A DNA stretch of 64,000 bases from Takakia lepidozioides (Eukaryota; Plantae; Bryophyta), in contig CM060731.1 in NCBI GenBank assembly GCA_030704615.1, forward strand, positions 50,096,001-50,160,000, in the 5' to 3' direction. Of this stretch, positions 50,218-63,059 are shown one piece after another; position 1 is the first letter of the stretch; each line of letters begins with the position of its first letter. Both the position numbers and the translations under genes were made by a program. The notes under the pieces are model-generated. The model had not been told where the DNA came from and did no database searches. It saw only the letters and a program-made list of their open reading frames with translations.

Positions 50218-51997
50218 GTCTGGTCTATCTTTTGTAAAATTAAAAGTATAGAACTATAATTATATTTTGCCCACAACCCCATGGATTCCTTGCCAAATTG
50301 TCCACCCGCCCCATTCCCTTGCTTGTGGATTCCCTTGCTTGTGGGCATTGGGAGGTTTTGAGTCACGGTGGGGCCAAAAATCTTATCCTGCTCCCATTAC
50401 AATATCATGTAGCCTGGCTGGCGGATCATTCATACTTTGGATGTCTGAGAATCAGAGAGAGCAAATATAAAAGTATCATGGTAGTATCATGGATCGCATT
50501 CCAAAAACGCTGAAACCTTCCTGAACATCTCTTTTCAAGTATACACAATACCTACTGCATTGCATTGCATTTTGTATATGACCCCCCATGAAGGAATACA
50601 ACAGAGGCTGTGATAGTAGGGAGAGGGATTGATCCATGCAAAGCTTGTGATCCATACTTCCATGGGAAATGAATGGAAGGTTTGAACGTTTCAAGTTTGA
50701 ACATTGAGAAAGACGAAGTGGGTGGGCTGCTATTCTCACTTCATAGAGAGAACGTGATTTTTTGTGGTCTTATTATAATTTAGTCTGTACATGAGGATCT
50801 TCCTGGACACTCACACTTGGAATTGCAAGACATCTTCAATTTTTTCCGGCTGTGGTCCACACTGAAGAACTGAATGGTCGAAGTATGGGGTGGTGGATGT
50901 GGACAAAGCCTCAGTTTGGAGTGAAGTTGGAGTGAAGTGTTAGTTTGTCAGCTTGGGTTAAGGCTAGGGGTGATTGTCTTAAGACTCTGGGGCCAGGTGC
51001 ATGATTGATAGATGATGAAGCTCAAAATGTTTATCCTCCAAAGCAAAGTGCAACATCAGCAGTGCAAGAGTCTTCAGTTTTGCAACCTTTTGTGCCTTAT
51101 TGTCTCTATGTTGGGTAGATTGCTATGTACCACCAGATAACTGTGACTCAAATGGGTGCACTATTGGGAATTATATTGGAGTTTGGCCTGACCGCATCCC
51201 TTGCAAGGTATATTACAAAGACAACCCGTTGCCAGTGCCTTTAAATTTCTCCTGAGCTTGTCTTCGGCATCTACCATGCAATGTTGGAGTGAGGCCTCGT
51301 ACTCTTCTTCCTTATGATTGCTTAAAAGTACTCTGCTCGAGATCTTCATCTTTTCTCAGCTTTTCTTTCTCAATTTCCCATTCAGTCTTCTCCCCAAGGC
51401 CAATCACTCCACCGACTTAGCCATTGCCGTAACCTTCTCCTCTGTATGCTGGAGCTTGGCCTGAACAGCCATTAAGTCCTTCATGAGTTGAGCTACCATC
51501 CAGGCTCAATACGTACCCATTTGGCAGGGACCGCGACCTCAAATATTCTTTCCAATACAACAAGATTAGCTGTTTCCATGTCCACTTCTATTCCAACTCC
51601 TCGAGGCAAACCCCCCGAACTTCATATACTATGTACATCTTTTTCCGACATAGTTGATTTTGTTCTCTTGGCCTCAACAGTAACGTTCTCTTTTCAAACC
51701 TCCGTGTTGCTAAGGAAAGAGACAACTCGTCAAGCAGCATGTTAGTGCCCCTATTTTTTCCGGAGCTTGTCTCAAGTCCCCCTCTGCATCCACCAAACTC
51801 TTTTGACGTGAGGCCCTCTTCGTCTTTCTGAGCAACAACAGTATTTTACTTTCTTCATCTTTTGTTCAGCAGCTTTTGTTTCCATAATTCCCATTCGTTC
51901 TTCTCCAGGGCCAAAAGCTCTCCACCGATTTAAGGTAGCACTTGCTCTTGAGCACTTGATCTTTACACGAATCTTGGATTGCTTTTGTAATTATCAG

Positions 51998-52650
51998 TTG
52001 GCCAGAGTGATTTATCCGACAACAGAGTAAGAGATTGTAGATGCTGTTGCGGATGCAGTAAAGAACAATGTGAAGATAAAAGCAGCAGGCAAAGGTTGTC
52101 ATAGCATGGGCAGACTCATGTGCCCTGGAGGTGAGAGAGGCATTCTGATAAGCACCAGGGACTACACAGCAAACATCATTGTTGACAAGGCTTCACGGAC
52201 TGTGACTGCTGATAGCGGAGTGCAACTAGGGGATTTGATAAATGCAGTTGCCAAACATGGGCTTGCGCTTGTACATACTCCCTACTGGGCTGGTGTTACG
52301 ATTGCAGGCCTTTTGGGTACAGGAGCCCATGGCAATTCTATTTGGGGCAAAGGCAGTGCCGTGCATGAGTACGTGGTTGGCATAACACATGCCAAAGTAG
52401 TCTCAATAAAGGAAGGGGATGAAGATTTGAATGCTGTGAAACTGTCTCTTGGACTCCTGGGAGTGGTATCACAAGTCACACTACAGTTGGAGCCCATGTT
52501 CAAACGCTCAATCACCCAGAAGCTGATAAATGACAGTAACATAGAAGACGAGCTTTTTTCTTTCGCAAAGGCTCATGAGTTCGGGGATATCAAATGGCAC
52601 AGGCTATATATAAGATGGATGATAGAGTGACTCTGGACACGCCCGGAGAA
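51998..52650 (+). pseudogene. L-gulonolactone oxidase (FAD-linked aldonolactone oxidase) fragment
   Basis: VIYPTTE*EIVDAV...HSMGRLMCPGG...ADSGVQLGDLI...PYWAGVTIAGLLGTGAHGNSIWGKGSAVHEYVVG...SLGLLGVVSQVTLQLEPMFKRS; internal stop, deletions, cut at 52651. Confidence 0.85.
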
Positions 52651-53100
52651 CACTACAATACAAGCTGGGCTTTTCGACTCTGTATTTGACTCATTTTTGA
52701 GTCGTTTGCGACATTTTTACTCCCAGCCTCCATAGTCGAACATGCGTGACAAAGGTCAAGTCGTTTCAGTCAAGCAGTCGAATCCAAATGCCAGGTTCTA
52801 ACAGTGAAATGTGACAGTAAAACCTAGGGGGTGACGTGTAGGCAGCACAGTATGACGTGGATGTGACGTGGTTATGACGTGTAGTAAAGTGGTTTAACTT
52901 AATTGTAAGGTGGATGCATCACGTGTACTGAGTGGCTTAAGGGCAAAGTGACGTGGATGCATGACGTGTAGTAAAATGGTTTAACTGAAGTGGAACATAT
53001 TGACTATGTTCCATGATGTTTAGTATATGGTTTGACTGTGAATCAGTGATAGTGAGTTTGCTTGACTTTGTACAGTGTAATATTCTACTGTGAAGCAGTA
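52651..53100 (+). mobile_element. Left terminus and subterminal repeats of another CACTA element; the other end was not found in the window
   Basis: CACTACAATACAAG begins exactly where the oxidase homology stops; repeated tgacgtgtagtaaa.tggtttaact motifs. Confidence 0.65.
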
Positions 53101-53659
53101 AAAGAAGACACATTTTAGTAAATATATTTCACTCTTGGGTGTATATACATATATACATATATACATATAAATATAAAAATACATACATACTTGTATATAT
53201 ATATGAATTGGGAGGTTTTTTTAATTTAATATTTTGGTTTTTTTTTTGTTTATTACTGTTATTTCGTTTTTTTCATTTACTTTTAGTTTATATCTGTACG
53301 TATGTGAATTAGTGGGTATTGTATTTAATTTTTTTGATTCACTGCACTGCATTGAAAATATATTACAAATACAACAAAACATAAAATACAAATACAGGTC
53401 GGAACCAAAAACAGTTGGATGGCTCAAATCAAGAGTGTTTTGCGAAACAAGTTTTGGCCACATTCTACAAATGACCAACATGAGGGCCACGTTGCCATAT
53501 CCATAGATCACTGTCCAACTGAAGTCATTGAGTAAGGATAATCTGCTGTGCAGCTAGGTCCAGCACTATCGTGGACATGTCAAGAGAACATTAGAATTCA
53601 TTTTGGGAATGAATTCAGGTAGTTCTAGAGAATGGTGGTGCCAGCTACCTTGTCACCCA

Positions 53660-54140
53660 AAGTGACATCCACTTCCAGGGCTGCCTTGACATACATATCC
53701 ACCAAGGCAGTGTTTAGAATGACATCTCCAGCTTTGACGATGTCATCATGGACCTTTGTGCCCTTTTGAGGGCTGTCAGGCTCACATTTGACGTAGATGT
53801 ACACCAGGGGAATGTTCAGAATGACATCTGGTACAATTCCAGCTTGGGTAATGTCACCATAAACCTCTTTGCCCCTTCCCAAGGCTACTAGGCTCACATA
53901 TGCATATTACAAAAACAAATGAATATGACGGCCTGGTCTGGCTTCATCCCTTCCCACATCATTTGCTCTTATGTTTCCAAAGCCTTAATCCCATACCCAT
54001 GCTGCACATACCTTGCAATCATGGCACTCCAAAATACCACATCTCGTTCAGCCATATTGTCAAACTCTCCCTTCACATCAGGCTTGCTGTACCCACATTT
54101 GGCATACATGTCCACCAAGGCAAAGTTCAGAATGACAATT
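53660..54140 (-). pseudogene. PPR gene fragments
   Basis: ALVDMYAKCG...FDNMAERDVVFWSAMIARYVQHGYGIKALE, GIVPDVILN; same family as 15487-16560. Confidence 0.85.
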
Positions 54141-56305
54141 TCCACTTTAACGATCGGCATAAGCAAGGGGAAGGAGACAGCAGATTTACTAATTTCAGAC
54201 AAATGTTTTATGCCTGGAGACTCATGTGAGAGTTTTTGTAATTTTTTGTTTGTCAATTTTAGTACAAATGCACGTCTTTGCACTGGGGATGTGTTAATGA
54301 ATTTAAAAGTTCGTGATGCTTGGTAGAGTGAGATTGATAATACTATATATGTAGATAATTGAGCAGACATCTGTTGTGCATTTAAAGAATGCATTGCCCA
54401 TCTTGCGAATTCTAACATTTGCATCTAAGTTTTGAATTTTCATCAATGCATTTGTCTATTATATTTTAAAATCCATTAGTAATAGTTTTATCTACTTTTG
54501 TAAAGTAAGAAGCACAATAACTAGCGGCACCGTTGGGTCAAGTATGAATTGGTGCATCTGTATTGGTTTGCCATAAATTTCCAGCTTGTTTACCAAAAGC
54601 ATTTGTACGAATATCTTTCCATTCTCGTTTCAAGAAAATGGTTGGTTTCTGTAATCTACTGGGCAAAACATTTATATACATATTTTTTGTTATCTTTAAC
54701 ATAGAAAGGAATTCATCAAATATTTGTATTGATGTCAAATTTATTTATTTCATGAAATATTTCAGATGTAATTTGTGCGTAGATGTTTTTGTCATAGAGC
54801 TATATTGTTTATGAAAGGTTCTAAGCTAATTGTTGATCCATGGGAGGTAGAGGATAGTGGAAACGACATACCTCTTGAATTTTTTGCCTACAAGTACGTT
54901 TATGCTCATGAATTTGAGCTTTACGTAAGTTTATTGAAAGTTCATTGCTACATGTTATATATTTATCTACAATTTTTTTAATTTTTTTAATTATCAATTC
55001 CATATATACGTGCATTAGCTATTCATAACAGGCCATGGACGGTCATGCTCACTTCCTCGACTTTGAAATTCAGTCATAAAACAAAGTATTGCAACTGGCC
55101 AAAAATAGATTGGTCTTTCATACAAAATTTTCTAAAAACAGTCATTTATCATAATATCGAACACATGTTAGTGGATTTGATCTTACTAACTCACAAATAT
55201 GTTTAGCTTCCAAATTATTAACATCATTACGAATCCCTATATTTTTATGATTTAATGAATGCAAGTTTTGAGCTTCGGTGTCTATTTGCTCTTAGCACTT
55301 GTAAATGTAACAAAAAAGTTGGTCGCCCGAATCATCACGATGGCTTCTTTTCTCAAAGGAGCCAAATAATCAAGTAATGTTCACTATCTTCCTAAGTCAC
55401 TGTAGCCAAGATCTGAACGTAATAGTTTATCCAAATTGGATTTATTTGTAATATCAAATGCTTTTAGTTCTCTACCATTTAATTTTCCTTTTCGGATACA
55501 AATCCCTCATGACAATGGATAATGCCATGGATAAAAACTTGTATAGCTTTAAAAAAAAGAGGTTGGGAGTATGTATTACAAAATTATGATATTTCCGCAT
55601 CAATTCCCATTGTGCTATAGCTTGATAAGATAAAGTGGAGGAAATTTTATTTGACCTTGGATATCCAAAGAATAAAATTAAAAAAATTAATTCTTTATTA
55701 TGTGTGTCTTGACAGAAATCCAATGGTTTAAAATCTTGGCTAGGTGCAACGGACAAAATATTGTCATGGAAAACTTGAATTTGCTAAAAAGTTAAAATAT
55801 TTTGTACCAATGTGTCAGTTACAACATTTTTTGATTTTTTTAAAAAAATTATCAATATTTTGAATATATTCATTACAATCATCAATATCGTTGTTTGAGT
55901 CTTCATGACCAAGCGTTTGTTGTGAAGCTACAAACAGTCCAGTCCATTGTGGACGAATAGTTGTATGTATTTCTGTATATAATGCAGTATTTATAAGGTC
56001 ATGGAAAATTAACATAATCTTATTTGAACGAATATTTTCTAATAAATATGGAGATTTGTATTGAAGTCACGGTTTCAATAGCAAACCAATTGTGGCTTCA
56101 TCATACTGCTATACGAGGCAGTATTGATTGTGTTTTGCTTACATTAGAATTTAAATTGCACATTTATAATACTGTCTCGAATCCCATATTGCCATAGCCT
56201 TGCAATTGATAAATTGCTGCAAAAGCCATTTGTGGAGCTCTTTATAATCGTTCTTCTAATTCATTCAATTTAACGACAGAGGGAATGATATATATATATA
56301 TATAT

Positions 56306-56520
56306 GGGAGGAAGGGGAGGACAACTTTATAATAATTATTGAAGGGAAAAAAAATTAAAACCCTTCTACGCCCAAAGGCAGCCATGAGGCAAAAGCTTAC
56401 AGAGAACCGTAATGGATGACCCGACGAACCATTGACGGAGTGGGGAAGACCTGTATACTCTTGGCAACAATTCTAGAAGGAGGTCTGGGCCCAAGTGATA
56501 GGCATGAATACGGGACTTAG
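56306..56520 (-). mobile_element. Short retroposon 3' fragment inserted in a (TA)n microsatellite
   Basis: Flanked by (TA)n on both sides; gaaggggagga...gccatga..gcttaca resembles 49190-49270. Confidence 0.45.
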
Positions 56521-57039
56521 TATATATATATATATATATATATGCACCATATATATATATATTGGTATTTTATCATTGGAAAATGCACTTTTACAGCTTC
56601 GACATATAAACAATAGTTGCTGTTTTTCAAATTCAAATGTAGAAGAAAGATACACTAATAATTTTTGTTTAAATTGTTTAATAAGCTTAAATAGTTGTTT
56701 TATGACCACAATCGGTGGCAACAAGAACATGGATGACTTGGAGTATCGAACAGTTTATCTATGTATTCTTTTTGGAAATTTTGTTTGAAAAGATAAATCT
56801 CATTAACAATAACCGGATCAGGTTGATCATAAGAAATGTTTGTAGAAAGAGATGTGTTGTCAATACTTATGTTAGCTGTAGAATGGTCGATTTGCAATTA
56901 GAGTTGATTTGTTTTGCAGTATATTTTTATTTTTTAAGTGAGAATAAACTTGAGTGGATGTGCGATTTAGATCTGTATGTGTTTTCTGAAAAAATTATGA
57001 TATGTGTTTCAATGTGGAAGAAAGAAATTGAATCATTAA

Positions 57040-57863
57040 CCCTTAAGTTCCCAAGCCCTTTTTTGACTTTTTACCAATTTTGGGTACCCAGCTACAGTAA
57101 ATTGCCCCTAGAAACCTACCAAAAATCATCCACAGATTCCAGCCTTATAGCAATGGGCCCAGCTCATTTATGCATGACATACCAAAAAATGAGCCAAGTC
57201 CACCGTGGAAATTGTGAGATTATAGCGTTGGCCCGAACCTCAAATATCAGGTCCCAAAGAAAAAGTGAGAAAGAAATTGGTTTGACCAAATCAAAACCTA
57301 GCTTTCTCCAATTTTGCTTGCCCCAAGACCCACCATTTCCAAATCAATAGTGGAGTGGCCATGACCCCACTAAATTGCAGGTCCAACTGATTTTTTCACC
57401 TATGCTTGCTATTCATGCAATTACATGGGGGTTGAAATCTCAAAATTGACAAGAGAAAATGTGCCTCCAAATGAAGTACTTTTTTTTCTACAAATTTTTT
57501 AAAAGCTAACGGTGGATGTGTGTATGTAATGCTCACACACCACAAGGTGAAGTGTTTTTTCCAAAATTGCTAATTTTCTGCCAAAAATGGCCTTTGGAGT
57601 GCAATCTGTTTTGGGCTTGTTTACCTGCCACGTCAGCGGTCAACAGCCCTTTTCAGGCCCCAAAACGTAAATTAAAGATCTAAGATATTTTTTGTAAGTC
57701 GCAGCTTTTGTTTTTTTTTTAATTTTGTTTTTTGCATCATACTCGAGACAAATCCCTTGTCATTAAAGCTTCAGGAGTGGGTCCCATCAGATTAGATCTG
57801 CAAAAATTAGGTCTAACTGCAAATTCAAAGTGACCCAATTCAGGTCGCTTGGGAACTTAAGGG
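57040..57863. mobile_element. piggyBac-like MITE, copy 2 (824 bp), inverted relative to copy 1
   Basis: Same 17-bp TIR; TTAA at 57036-57039 and 57864-57867; interior is close to the reverse complement of 49389-50210. Confidence 0.85.
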
Positions 57864-60644
57864 TTAAATCAAATAATATTTTATCATGCATTGACAACCA
57901 ATGAAAACGTATTTGTTTTAGTTGAGAATTTTATATTTCTTTGAATTAGATGTAGCAACTGTAGTAGCAATATGAATGACTGAAGTCGTTACTACCATAA
58001 ATGTATTAAGAACCAGTGCATTTGTTTGCATATTGGTAGCAAAGTGGTTGTCATAACTATGAACATGTAAAATAGAGACAATGGGTCCATAAAGTCCACT
58101 TTGAGTTATACCCTAATCATCATATAATATATGTAGAAGGTGACTATGTGAGAACTGAGTAGCTGCAGAAAACATAATACGTTTATTGGTATAAGACCAT
58201 ACATGTATTGGTGTTTGCAGGTAATGGGCCAAACATAGAAGAGAATGATTATTACCTTCTAATCCTCCATTTGCAACACTTATTGACATTCTTTGCAGAG
58301 TGAATTCATGAAAAGAATGCACACCATGCAATTCATGGAAAACATCATAAGAGAAATGAATTTGAATCATTAAATCCGTCATTTCAGGACTTTGTGATAA
58401 GATAAAATAAGCCATGCTTTCATGACACAACGATATGGAAGTTTGCTTATAACGCAACAAATATGCAATAGAATAAAAAAGACAAATCACCATCTACATA
58501 CAAATAATTTTGTATGCGATGAAGATGTAGAGAGTGCAAAATATAATCAATATCCATATTAAAGCTAATAGTGATGAAGAAAATTTTGATGGGGAAACAA
58601 TTTTAAAAAAAATGAAATTTATTAAAACTATATAAGAAATAATTTGAGAAACATTTTTGTTGGAATTCTGTTAAAAACCGATGAATAACATGAGAATAAG
58701 ATTGATAATCATTTTGAGTTGGGATAAAATAACATAAAATATATTTTTATTGGAAAAATAAAATTTTCGATTATATTTATATTATAAAAATAATATTATA
58801 AAAATAAAATAATAGATAAATATAGAAAGAAAATAAATTTCATATAATTATAAAACAAATGCAGGACTTAAAACAATGAAACTCTTAATAAGATTATTAT
58901 TTTTTAAACACCCAGTGGGAGCAACAGCTCACAAATCAGGCCCCTTAATAGTGAGAGGAGAAAATAACCTCTTTCACAGTAACCTCGTCATGGAGGTGTA
59001 TGAGTGGGACACCGCCCTTGGACTGTATTGTATTTGCAAAAAGCTTTATACTAAAGTTTTGTTAACAATGCAAAGATAAAAGAATGTTATATCTACAGAA
59101 GTATGAGAATAGAAAATAAAAACCAGTGCGAAGTTGTAAAGATAGAAAAATTTTACTTTACTGCAAAACAAAGTATGACAAAACCTTATCAAACTGTTAA
59201 TAAATTTTATTATATGAACAAAACTGATGTTGAAAATTGATGAATTATTGAATTAGTAGGGACAACCGAAAAATACTATCATAACAAAATACCAATAAGA
59301 ATGTCAATATGAAAAATATTGATATACTCGCTGAGATACTTGATGGTCAATACTTGTTTTTTATGTCTTTGAAATATTGATATCCAAATGAACAAAAGAG
59401 ACAGTAAGAGAGAACAAACCAAAAGGAAAAAAGATAACAATGATAAGGTGATTGCAAGGTTAAAAAAAGATGAGACGAGTACAGAACATAATAGAATTAG
59501 AATGTGGCTTCACACAACTTACAATTTTGAAACACACGACGTAAACGTGTTCAATAATGTGGTATGAGTATACAAATAGTATGTAGTTAGAATGCGACAA
59601 AGTTATGATAATCAGAACTGAGAGACAAAAAACCGATTAAGAACATGAAACAGATGATGCTAACAAAGGCATAAATTAATTTGCACTAAGGATATTCCTC
59701 AAACCCTACCAAGTCTCCCACGGTATTAAGAGAAAACCGGCCTACAAGACGTACATATGTCGAATGCTTAATGACATAAAGCTTGTTGGTACGACGTGTC
59801 TTCATTAAGGCAACTTTATCCATTTCCGAGTACAACGTTGTCCCAATCAAAATTGACTTTCATTGACACAAAACTCCACTTATACTCGTCAGTTAAGTAA
59901 GATAGTACTAAGTAGTTAAGTAAGATAACTTACATGCATTACAGAAAAAGGTTCCATCAGTCTGTCTAGCAAGGTCTTCCAAGCCATAATGTGCGCAAAC
60001 ACGTTTGAATGGTGGAGTAGAAAGATAACTGCTGACAAATACGCATGTAACATAAAACAACAAGAAAATCTAACTAAGTACTTGTAAAAAAAATGTATAT
60101 ATTTGAAAGAAATAAAGAAAGATATAAAGATATTAGATGAGTACTTGGGTGACTATACAATGACCACCATGAGCAACGCGTGCATCATAAACTTGCTGCA
60201 GCTGACGCGAGCATCCGGATTTGTGACAACAGCAAATATGTAATGAAACTACTCATACTATTCCATTAATCCTAGAGACACAACTTTCAGGTCTTGAATA
60301 CCTTTATAAAGAAGAAGACATATTACATAGTTATCAAGTCTTTGTCTATGTATATACTTGTTCTTCTTCTCTCTTTGATACTCCTTAGTCTAGAGCTCAT
60401 CTCTAGATCCATTGTATCTCTCTGGCTCTTTCTCTTCTTCTTTGCTTATAGCTCTCGAGTCTCACTTTCAACCTCCGTGTCTCCTCGTGGCCAACGAGAT
60501 CTCTTGAGTCTCTTTCCGCTTCGCTTCACATCTGAACCCCATTAGTCACACCCCTTATTACGGATATCTACAGTTATGTGTCTTTACATATCTAATAAGC
60601 GATGAACACATTCATTCTCGTGACATTCTCTCCCTCTAGAAACC

Positions 60645-60970
60645 TCATCGCCCTCGATGAGTAACTTGGTAAGCCGCCATCTCCTCACCATATTCTTCTA
60701 GATGAGAAACTGGTTCCCACGTAGCTTCGCTCGCTGGATAACCTTTCCAAGCAACGAGATACTCTTCATGGTATCCCCATCCATACTTTCGTACCCGATA
60801 ATCCAAGAAAGTTTCTACTTCATAAGCAGCATCACCTTCTATGAATCGTATTGGATCTGGACGATAAACCACGGTAGGATCTATGGGTTCAACATATGGT
60901 TTTAACAAACTAACATGGAAGACCGGATGAATTCGTAATTCAGCTGACAACTTTATAAACACAGTACTCT
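60645..60970 (-). pseudogene. Integrase C-terminus with chromodomain
   Basis: LRIHPVFHVSLLKPY...YEVETFLDYR...EYLVAWKGYPASEATWEPVSHL. Confidence 0.9.
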
Positions 60971-61252
60971 TCTCCCTCAAAACAAGAGGCTCTTGTATTA
61001 ATCATGTTTCTGTTATGACATCTAAGTTTGTGATATAGACTATTTGCTTCCTTGCTTGAGGGTGATGTCCTGGTGACATAAGCGTGAGGATGCAGGTGTT
61101 TTGATCTCATCAGGAAGAATTGGATTCCCAGTCTGCAAAAAATAGGGGAGATGAAAGGAGTCATCCAAGGAAGAGTGGAAGACATGATTTAGGGTCAAGA
61201 CTAGCTTTCCATGATGCTCAAGCCTCAAAGGAAGTTTGGACTCAGATGTGGT

Positions 61253-63059
61253 TCATGTAACCTTTGAGAAAAAGGCACGCAAGGATGAAGCTTTTCCTGA
61301 GCCTTCAACTCCATGGCACCATTGAGGCAAGCAGGCTCCAAGTTGTCTCAACAAATATGGCTTGTTGCCCTCCAGCAGTTCTGCTTCAGTGACATTGTCA
61401 CTGCCTTGATACAATTGACGCAGAGCTGCTATCAACTCTCCTCGCTGCCTTTGAGACAGGAGGGTGCCAGGGGTTTTGTGGCAGTCCTTGTAAAGAGGTA
61501 GGTAGCCTATCATTACCTGAAGCTCAAGAGGAAGCTCCTGTACATGCAAACCCATTTGGCTTCGTCTTCTTACAAGCATCAAGTTCAAAAAGTGTCTCTT
61601 CCCTGCCTGGATTCCATCATCAAAGGCTTGCTGTGACCACTCTTCCCTTAATCGCTTCTTCACAACACGATCTGTATCAACTAATTCTGCCAATGTTGCC
61701 GCTTCTCTCATCGTGGCTTGGTGATCATCCAGGAAATTTGCATGTAAAGCAAAGAGCATCCCTTCTGGACCTCGCAGTGGTCCTCTTGACTTTGAGACTG
61801 CAGCTCTGACAGCATCAACTACATTGATAGTATCTATGGGTTTAGGCATAACAGTGAGAAGGTACTGAATAGCTTCCCCTTGACAAAATGAAATGGACAT
61901 GTCGAGGTACACAAAAGAAGCGTCATAGCAATTTTGTTCCAAAAAACATTGTACCACTGGAAACAGCACATCCAAACGGGCTGCTTGGAACACTGGGAGC
62001 ACTGTTACAGTAATACTCAAATCTTTGATTCCGCAATCCACAAGCAGAAACTTCATCAGCTTCAAGGGCCACTCTGCCCTGCAGTTGGCGCACTCACCAG
62101 TTGCACCTACACCTTGGTGTAGGCAATCTGTGATCTGGAGCAAAGACCTCACATCCACAATATTGCAGTCAGTGATCTCAAGGAGACGACTACTAACTAG
62201 GTCTGCTGCTCCATTTCTGCAAACAACTGATATGATGTTCATCATGTCCTGAACAATAGTTTCAGAACATTGAGAGTCTCTAGTCTTGGAATCCAGGATC
62301 ATATACCCAAATTGCTTCACCCACATAGAACCATTTGTAGGAAGCAGTTTATCTTGGGACTTGGTCAGTTTTGACAAAAAAGTGACACAAGTCATTAAGA
62401 GAATTCGGCCATAGAAGTCAGCCGTCATATAACTGGAGCCCAATACAACAAGCCTCTCCAGAATATTCGCCTTCTCTTTGAACATGAGCCCATTCCAGTA
62501 TTCAATGACAGCGTCCCCACAAGCAACTTGCATGGCTCTCTGAAAATTCTTTGCACCAGCTTTTGCGAGGCATTCAATTGCATTTAATAGAAATCCCACC
62601 TCCTCAAGAGTGCTGCAACTCCACATACGAGCAGCTCCCATGAGCAGACACTTATTCAGCCCTGCAGTGTCTGCCATGCGCACCACATGCTGTACAGTGT
62701 CTTTGCGGAGCCCAACCAATGCCCCAACAAAGGCAGCATCAAAAGGGACGGGCCGTGTTCGTAACACGATGGCATCCACAATGTGGCTGTGGCCGGACCA
62801 TCCAGCACACGTCATGGCACCGACCAGATTTGTGGCACCAGCATCGATAAGAATCTGAAGAATGTGCTTGTGGCCTCTACTGGCGGCCTGGAGCAAGGCA
62901 CTGTTAAGATCATCCTTAGAGACCCCATTCGCTTGTAAGAATGTCTGTATGTACCGGCGCCTGCTGTCTTGTGGTGCGTCTGCAACCGGTGGTGAATGAT
63001 CCATGAAACCAACAGAACAAGGGCCCCACCCTGCTGTTGCACTCTGCAGATCTTGCCAC
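61253..63059 (-). CDS. Ankyrin-repeat protein, SKIP35-like, uninterrupted ~600 codons inside the LTR element (ATG at 63004, or spliced from ATG 63718)
   Basis: Ankyrin-like ALLQAASRGHKHILQILIDAGA; C-terminal EEWSQQAFDDGIQAGKRHFLNL, ELPLELQVMIGYLPLYKDCHKTPGTLLSQRQRGELIAALRQL recalled as SKIP35-family motifs. Confidence 0.75.

Larger units (their letters stand above)
54140..58560 (-). mobile_element. Decayed Helitron/Helentron RepHel gene (OTU-like domain and Rep; helicase absent)
   Basis: DGD(C)LFYSIAYLL...LAHYLQTPIHVWS...LHILY (OTU-like, 58113-58500); EFQSRGSEHD.H (HUH, about 55030-55080); QIHEHKRTCRQK...CRFHYPLPPM; QQMSAQL.TYIVLSISLYQASRTFKFINTS. Confidence 0.8.

Noticed and set aside
51100-52000. 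Coding-like minus-strand fragments
   Set aside because: Broken frames with no family I can recognise.
56715-57350. 211-aa ORF, and the similar ORF at 49900-50187
   Set aside because: Chance frames across the MITE boundary; no transposase motifs.
49389-57863. One large element bounded by 820-bp inverted repeats
   Set aside because: Each copy has its own TIR pair and TTAA sites and sits in a different host sequence, so two independent insertions are simpler.
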